From Candidatus Lustribacter sp. (GTDB taxonomy: Bacteria; Vulcanimicrobiota; Vulcanimicrobiia; Vulcanimicrobiales; Vulcanimicrobiaceae), in the NCBI GenBank assembly GCA_965277805.1, contig OZ255842.1, positions 896,001 to 960,000 on the forward strand: a stretch of DNA of 64,000 nt, given 5' to 3'. Below are positions 58,305-64,000 of this stretch, piece by piece (within the stretch, counting starts at the first letter, position 1; every line of letters starts with the position of its first letter). The notes beneath the pieces were generated by a model, which made no database searches, was not told the origin of the DNA, and was given only the letters and a program-made list of their open reading frames with translations. The translations under genes and the position numbers were made by a program.

Positions 58305-59095
58305 TGCACGGGATCAATCTCTTCGGCTTGACCTACGCGCAGTTCGAGACGTTCATCCTCGTACTGGTGCGGGTCTCGGTGATTTTGATCATGCTGCCGA
58401 TCTTCTCGGCGGCGCAGGTCAATACGATGGTGCGCTTCGGCTTGGGCCTCGTCATCACGATCGTCGTGTGGAGCACGGTGCCGCCGATGCCGCTGCTCGA
58501 CGGCATCGGGCCGTTGACCGCGGCGGTCTTTTCGCAGGCGTTCATCGGCTTCGTGTTCGGGTTCGTTGCGTTTCTGGTCTTCGTCGGCATTCAGTTCGCC
58601 GGTGAGGTCATGGACATCGAGGTCGGCTTCTCGATCGTCAACGTGATCAATCCGTTGACGAGCAGCACCGTCAGCGTGCTCGGCGAGTTCCAGTTGGCGC
58701 TCGGGTCTTTGATCTATCTGATCTCCAATGCCCATCACTTTTTGTTCCAAGGGCTTGCCGGGTCGTTCACCCTGCTTCCGCTGCCCTACGTCACGATCAC
58801 GCCGGGGCTCGAAACCGACCTCACCGGCTTCTTCGGGCAGGCGTTCTTCATGGTGTTCCAGATCGCGGGACCGATCGGGGTCACACTCTTTCTCGTCAAC
58901 GTCGGGCTCGCTCTCATGGCGCGCGTCGCGCCGCAGATGAACATCTTCGCAATCGGGTTTCCGCTGCAAATCATGGTCGGGCTGACGATGATGGTGCTCT
59001 CGCTGCCGCTGCTGGAGAACGTGCTCCCGCAGGTATTCGAGCAGACCCCCCGAGAACTCGACGCGGTACTCCGTGCAATGCGGACTCCGGGCTGA
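58304..59095 (+). CDS. fliR: Export gate protein
   Basis: AGEVMD..GFS, NAHH and ARVAPQMNIFAIGFP. Confidence 0.95.
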   Translation: MHGINLFGLTYAQFETFILVLVRVSVILIMLPIFSAAQVNTMVRFGLGLVITIVVWSTVPPMPLLDGIGPLTAAVFSQAFIGFVFGFVAFLVFVGIQFAGEVMDIEVGFSIVNVINPLTSSTVSVLGEFQLALGSLIYLISNAHHFLFQGLAGSFTLLPLPYVTITPGLETDLTGFFGQAFFMVFQIAGPIGVTLFLVNVGLALMARVAPQMNIFAIGFPLQIMVGLTMMVLSLPLLENVLPQVFEQTPRELDAVLRAMRTPG

Positions 59096-59101
59096 CGCGC
59101 G

Positions 59102-60172
59102 ATGGCCAAACCGGAGCAAACAGAGAAACCTACCGCCAAGCGCATCGGCGATGCGCGCGGCCGTGGTCAAGTCGCGAAGTCGCCCGACGTTGCCGGCTCG
59201 CTGATTTTTCTTGCCATCATCATCTCGCTGCACCTCACGTTCGTGCCGGCGTTCTTGCTCGCGTCGCACTCGTTTGCGGTGGCCATTCAGAGCGCCAACG
59301 GCCGCATTCCGGTCAACATCCACTCCGTGTGGGGTCTCTTCGCGCGTGCGTTCCTCGCGTACGGCGCCCTGGTGGGCGTGGCATTCGGGGCCGCCCTCGG
59401 GATCGCGATCCTGGCCAACGTGCTGCAGTTCGGCTTCCTGTTCGCGCCCTCGAAGCTCAAGCCGCGGTTCAGCGTTCTCAATCCGTTCCCGGGCATCAAG
59501 CGGCTGTTTTTCTCACCCCAAGCGCTGGTGCAGCTGGCCAAGCAGATGGCGAAGATTCTGCTGGTCTTCATCGTGCTCTTCACCCAGCTCCACGACCAGA
59601 TCCCGATGTTCTTGCAGCTGGCGCACGCCCCGCCGTACGATATGGTGCTGTGGGTCGAGGGCACGGCCTACGGGATCGGCATCCGGTTCGGTCTGCTGTT
59701 TTTCGTGCTCGGCATGGCGGACTATTTCTGGGAAAAGCACCGCCTGACCGATTCGCTCAAGATGACCAAGACCGAGGTCCGGGACGAGCACCGCCAGCAA
59801 GAAGGCAACCCGGAGGTACGCCAGGCGGTCAAGCAGCGCCAGCGGGCGAGCGCGCGCCGGCGCATGATGGCCGCGATCCCGCGGGCCACGGTCGTCGTCA
59901 CCAACCCGACCCACTTCGCGGTGGCGCTGGAATGGGACGAGATCACGATGGACGCCCCGGTCCTCACGTGCAAGGGCGCCGATCTCATGGCCCGGCGCAT
60001 CCGCGAGCTGGCCCGGGAACACAATATCCCGATCATGGAAAATCCGCCCCTGGCCCGGGCGCTCTACGACAAGGTCGAGCTGGATTCGCCCGTCCCCCCG
60101 CACCTATACGCGGCCGTCGCCCAGGTCATCGCGTTCATCTACAAGCTCAAAAATCGCACAATTGCCGGGTGA
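59102..60172 (+). CDS. flhB: Export switch protein
   Basis: TEKPTAKR, KMTKTEV..EGNP, intact NPTH autocleavage site. Confidence 0.96.
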   Translation: MAKPEQTEKPTAKRIGDARGRGQVAKSPDVAGSLIFLAIIISLHLTFVPAFLLASHSFAVAIQSANGRIPVNIHSVWGLFARAFLAYGALVGVAFGAALGIAILANVLQFGFLFAPSKLKPRFSVLNPFPGIKRLFFSPQALVQLAKQMAKILLVFIVLFTQLHDQIPMFLQLAHAPPYDMVLWVEGTAYGIGIRFGLLFFVLGMADYFWEKHRLTDSLKMTKTEVRDEHRQQEGNPEVRQAVKQRQRASARRRMMAAIPRATVVVTNPTHFAVALEWDEITMDAPVLTCKGADLMARRIRELAREHNIPIMENPPLARALYDKVELDSPVPPHLYAAVAQVIAFIYKLKNRTIAG

Positions 60173-60197
60173 AGCCCGGAGGCGGTTGTGCCGATAC
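60170..60197 (+). promoter_or_regulatory. Candidate sigma-28 promoter upstream of flhA
   Basis: TGAA-N16-GCCGATAC in the flhB-flhA gap. Confidence 0.6.
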
Positions 60198-60221
60198 TTT
60201 TAGGGAAGTGCCGGTGACCAA

Positions 60222-62342
60222 ATGGCCGCTGTAGCGTCCCCTGCTCCCAAGCCCCCGAGTCCGACCGTAATGGAACGGATCGCTTCGACTGCCCAGATTT
60301 GGGTAGCCGGGGCTTCGGTCATTCTGGTCGTCTTGATGATCGTGCCCGTGGCGCCATGGGTGCTCGATATTCTGCTGTCGCTGAATATCGCGTTGGCGCT
60401 GGTCATCATGCTAACGTCGCTGTACACGGAGAACGCGCTCGCCTTCAGCGTCTTCCCGACGTTGATCCTGATCGTCACGCTCTTCCGGCTCTCGCTCAAC
60501 ATCAGCGCGACCCGTTCGATTTTGCTGCACGGCTACGCGGGCGAAGTCATCAACCAGTTCGGCGCGATCGTCGTCGGCGGCAACTACGCCGTCGGCCTCG
60601 TGATCTTTGCGATCCTGGTCGTCATCCAGTTCGTGGTCATCACGAACGGTGCCGGCCGCGTCGCTGAAGTCGCGGCCCGCTTCACCTTGGACGCCATGCC
60701 CGGTAAGCAGCTGGCCGTCGACGCCGACCTCAACGCCGGACTGATCACCGAAGCGGAAGCGCGCCAGCGCCGCAAAGACATCCAGCGCTCGGCCGACTTC
60801 TACGGCGCGATGGACGGTGCGTCGAAGTTCGTCCGCGGCGACGCGGTCGCAGCGCTGATCATCGTCTTCGTCAACATCCTCGGCGGCTTCGTCATCGGGA
60901 TCGTGCAGCAAGGGCTCTCGCTCGCGCAGTCGCTGCAAACTTACACGCTGCTGACGATCGGTGAAGGGATCGTCACCCAGATTCCGGCGCTGCTGGTCTC
61001 GACCGCCACCGGTATCATCGTCACCCGTGCGGCTGCCGAGTCGTCGTTCGGCGAAGAGCTGACGAGCCAGCTCGTGCAAGAGCCGCGCGCGCTCGCGATC
61101 GCGGCCGGGCTGCTGGTCCTCTTCGGGCTGTTCGGTCTGCCGACGATCCCGATGTTCATCATGGCCGCGGTGCTCGCGGCGCTGTTCTTCCGGCGGCGCG
61201 CCGCCATTGCGAAAGCGGCGGCGAAACCGGCGCTCGCGCCGGGGGCGGCCACCAACACGCCGGCCGTCAAGCCGGCCGAATCCGTGGTGCCGCTGCTCTC
61301 GTACGATCCGATGGAACTGGAGATCGGCTTCGGCTTGATCCCGCTCGTCGACGTCAGCCAGGGCGGCGATTTGCTCGAGCGCATCACGATGATCCGGCGC
61401 CACGCCGCGCGCGAACTCGGCATCGTGGTTCCGCCAATTCGCGTGCGCGACAATTTGCAGCTCAAGCCGTCGACGTACGTCGTCAAGATTTACGGCCTCG
61501 AGGTCGCGCGCGCCGAAGTGATGGTCAGCCGGCTGCTCGCGATGAATCCCGGCACGGCGACCAACGGCATCGAAGGCATCCCGACCGTCGAGCCGGCGTT
61601 CAACCTGCCGGCACTGTGGATTCCTGAAAGCGGACGCGGCGATGCGGAACTGGCGGGCTACACCGTCATCGATCCCACCAGCGTCATCGCCACGCACCTC
61701 ACCGAGCTGATCAAGACGCACGCGCCGGATCTGCTCGGCCGTCAAGAAACCTCGGCCTTGCTCGACAACGTCAAGCAGCACTACCCGGTCGTCGTCGACG
61801 AACTCGTGCCGGGCCTGCTCACGGTCGGCGAAGTGCAGCGCGTGCTGCAGAATCTCTTGCGCGAGCGCATTCCGATTCGCAACCTGCTGCTGATCCTCGA
61901 GAACCTTGCCGACGGTGCGCGCGCATCGAAGGACGTCGACTTCCTGACCGAACGCGTACGCGCATCGATGGCGCGCCACATCTCGGCGGAATACACCGAG
62001 AACGGCTTGTTGTCGGTCATCACAGTTGACCCGCGACTCGAAACGTTGTTGGGGGAAGCTGCGCGGCGCGGAGAAGACGCCTATGCCTTGCTCGATCCCA
62101 ATACCGTCGCCAAGATCTACGGATCGCTCACCAAACAAATTCAGCACGCGCAGCAAGCGGGTCTGCAGCCGGTCGTGCTCACGTCGCCGCAAACGCGTCT
62201 CGCGCTCAAGCGCCTGACCGAACGCGCGGCCCCGCAACTCGTCGTCTTGTCCTACAGTGAGATCGCGCCAGGCCTGCGGGTCGAGTCGATCGGCCAGATT
62301 TCGACGACCGCTGATGATTCAATCGAGCCGGTTGGAGTGTAA
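60222..62342 (+). CDS. flhA: Export apparatus protein
   Basis: RVAEVAARFTLDAMPGKQ and FYGAMDGASKFVRGDA. Confidence 0.98.
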   Translation: MAAVASPAPKPPSPTVMERIASTAQIWVAGASVILVVLMIVPVAPWVLDILLSLNIALALVIMLTSLYTENALAFSVFPTLILIVTLFRLSLNISATRSILLHGYAGEVINQFGAIVVGGNYAVGLVIFAILVVIQFVVITNGAGRVAEVAARFTLDAMPGKQLAVDADLNAGLITEAEARQRRKDIQRSADFYGAMDGASKFVRGDAVAALIIVFVNILGGFVIGIVQQGLSLAQSLQTYTLLTIGEGIVTQIPALLVSTATGIIVTRAAAESSFGEELTSQLVQEPRALAIAAGLLVLFGLFGLPTIPMFIMAAVLAALFFRRRAAIAKAAAKPALAPGAATNTPAVKPAESVVPLLSYDPMELEIGFGLIPLVDVSQGGDLLERITMIRRHAARELGIVVPPIRVRDNLQLKPSTYVVKIYGLEVARAEVMVSRLLAMNPGTATNGIEGIPTVEPAFNLPALWIPESGRGDAELAGYTVIDPTSVIATHLTELIKTHAPDLLGRQETSALLDNVKQHYPVVVDELVPGLLTVGEVQRVLQNLLRERIPIRNLLLILENLADGARASKDVDFLTERVRASMARHISAEYTENGLLSVITVDPRLETLLGEAARRGEDAYALLDPNTVAKIYGSLTKQIQHAQQAGLQPVVLTSPQTRLALKRLTERAAPQLVVLSYSEIAPGLRVESIGQISTTADDSIEPVGV

Positions 62343-62345
62343 ACG

Positions 62346-63029
62346 ATGGGCTTTCTAGGATTGTTTGGGAAGGCGGCGCCCTCGACCAAGCAACTCCGCG
62401 AGATGCTCCCATCGCTGCATAGTTTCGTGGACGTCGTGGTTCGCAACGGGCCGAAGGGCTCCGTCTGCTTTGAAAACGCGGGCACCAAGACGTTCACGAC
62501 GAGCGTGCTGCCGGGCATGTCGCCCGGACAGCAAGTGAGCTTCAATTACTCAAACACGGGCGGCAAATACCGCTTCAGCGCGGCGATCAAATCGGTCGAC
62601 GATAAGCAAGCCACCTACGAGATGCCCGGCAAGATCGAGACCGTGCAGAAGTTCGGCGGCACGCGCAAGCGCACGACCGTGCGCATCGATACGACCGTTT
62701 CGGTGCAATGGCGGTATGGCTCGACCGGCAAGATCGAAAGCGAATGGCAGAAGGGCGTGCTGAGCGATATCAGCCGCAACGGCTCGTCGCTGGCCTGCGA
62801 CCGCGAGATCAAGACCGGCAATATCATCGAGTTGAAGATTCCGCTCGCAACGGACGGCGGCGCGCCGATCCTCGTGCGCGGCGATGCCCGGCGCATCGAC
62901 AAGATCGAGAACACGTCGAAGTACAACGTGGGCCTGGCCTTCCATCCGCTCCGGCCCGAAGCGGAACGCGCCATCATCGAGTTCATCAATCGCCGTCAAG
63001 TCGACCTACGCAACCGCGGCCTCGGTTAA
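62346..63029 (+). CDS. PilZ-domain flagellar brake-like protein (YcgR/MotI-like)
   Basis: RxxxR (KRTTVR) and DxSxxG (DISRNG) c-di-GMP motifs. Confidence 0.8.
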   Translation: MGFLGLFGKAAPSTKQLREMLPSLHSFVDVVVRNGPKGSVCFENAGTKTFTTSVLPGMSPGQQVSFNYSNTGGKYRFSAAIKSVDDKQATYEMPGKIETVQKFGGTRKRTTVRIDTTVSVQWRYGSTGKIESEWQKGVLSDISRNGSSLACDREIKTGNIIELKIPLATDGGAPILVRGDARRIDKIENTSKYNVGLAFHPLRPEAERAIIEFINRRQVDLRNRGLG

Positions 63030-63050
63030 CCCCGGGGCTCGAACCGCAGG

Positions 63051-63317
63051 GTGGCGAATAGCGTGAATGTGACCGAGACCCAATTGAATGGCGCTCCGCC
63101 GCCGAGTGCGGAGCCGGCCGCTAACCGGACCAACGTTGCCGCGCGCACCGCGATTTGGACGGGCGTCGCACTGGGTGCCGCCGCCACGGCGACCGTGGCG
63201 TTTTTCGTCGTGCGCGCCATGTGGCAGAAACGGGCGCCGGACGAGACGTCGGAGCGCATCCAGTCGCTCATCGATGAAGCCAATCGTCTGATCCGCACGC
63301 TCGAAGAGAAGAAGTAA
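63051..63317 (+). CDS. Small single-TM hypothetical protein
   Basis: One TM helix and a charged helical tail; fills the gap between neighbours; start uncertain. Confidence 0.6.
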   Translation: MANSVNVTETQLNGAPPPSAEPAANRTNVAARTAIWTGVALGAAATATVAFFVVRAMWQKRAPDETSERIQSLIDEANRLIRTLEEKK

Positions 63318-63319
63318 CC

Positions 63320-64000
63320 ATGGTGACCGGCCTCAAGCCGGGAGCCGTCGGAGTGGTCGAGTTTTCCGACCTGCTGGCCAACGGGCAGGCCGTCGGGCGA
63401 TTCGACGGGATGGTCGTGTTCGTCGACGGACCGTTGCCGGGCGAACGCGCCCGCATCCGGTTGACCGAGGTGAAGGCGAAATACGCAGTCGGCGAAGTAC
63501 TCGAACGCGAGACGACCTCGCCCGACCGCGCCGAACCGTTCTGTCCCGTCTTCGGTGCCTGTGGCGGCTGTCAGGTGCAGCACCTCTCGTATCCGGCGCA
63601 GCTCGGGTGGAAGCACCGGATCGTCAAGGACGCGCTGCTGCGCATCGGTGGGTTTTCGGACCTCGCGGTCAACGAGCCGATCGGCATGGACGTGCCGCGC
63701 GCGTACCGCAATAAGATGGCGCTGGTCGTGGAAGACGGCGTATTCGGTTTCTACCGCGCGCGTTCGCACGAATTGGTGCCGATCGATCATTGCCCGATCG
63801 TGCTCGAACCGCTCGATGCGGCGATCGGCGGTCTGCTCGCGGCTGCGCACGCGCCGGAAACGTCGGCGGCGTTCAGCAACGTCAAGCACGTCGTGATGCG
63901 CGCCGGCTTGACGTCGCCCAACAGCGTGCTCTCGCTAACGACCGATACGAAGTCGGCCGCGATCGCCGCCGCAGCGCCGCAGATCGCCGAGCGCATCGAG
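63320..64000 (+). CDS. rlmD: 23S rRNA m5U methyltransferase, RlmD/RumA type (partial, runs off window)
   Basis: TRAM domain (GQAVGRFDGMVVFV..LPGE), CPVFGACGGCQ Fe-S motif, YRNK and GFYRARSH. Confidence 0.88.
   Translation, partial: MVTGLKPGAVGVVEFSDLLANGQAVGRFDGMVVFVDGPLPGERARIRLTEVKAKYAVGEVLERETTSPDRAEPFCPVFGACGGCQVQHLSYPAQLGWKHRIVKDALLRIGGFSDLAVNEPIGMDVPRAYRNKMALVVEDGVFGFYRARSHELVPIDHCPIVLEPLDAAIGGLLAAAHAPETSAAFSNVKHVVMRAGLTSPNSVLSLTTDTKSAAIAAAAPQIAERIE

Overview
GC-rich bacterial chromosomal window with no rRNA, tRNA, CRISPR array or transposase recognised. A TonB-dependent receptor (implying an outer membrane) occurs alongside a Firmicutes-like flagellar gene order and a GAAC-N4-GTTC SOS box. 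This suggests a diderm Terrabacteria lineage such as Eremiobacterota/Vulcanimicrobiota (inference). Layout: (1) 0-9 kb, a metal-related module (ferritin-like protein, His-rich RcnA-like permease, two DUF4331-like proteins, TPR protein, NiCoT, His-rich peptide) with a duplicated ECF-type promoter motif. (2) 9-14.4 kb, a DNA-repair group (Lys-rich DUF6496-like protein, xth, LigD-type polymerase, LigC-type ligase) interrupted by a hydrolase flanked by two Met-rich paralogues. (3) 14-27 kb, transport and signalling genes plus hppA. (4) 27-38 kb, fliA, a FliK-like/FlhB-like pair, ftsY, recA-recX, GH125 and purA. (5) 38-63 kb, a flagellar cluster from fliF to flhA and a PilZ gene. It has four sigma-28-like promoters, a structured leader before flgE, and a TPR glycosyltransferase / ATP-grasp / sulfotransferase cassette between flgE and flbD. 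(6) A partial rlmD. All calls come from motif recognition by eye; no database searches were run.
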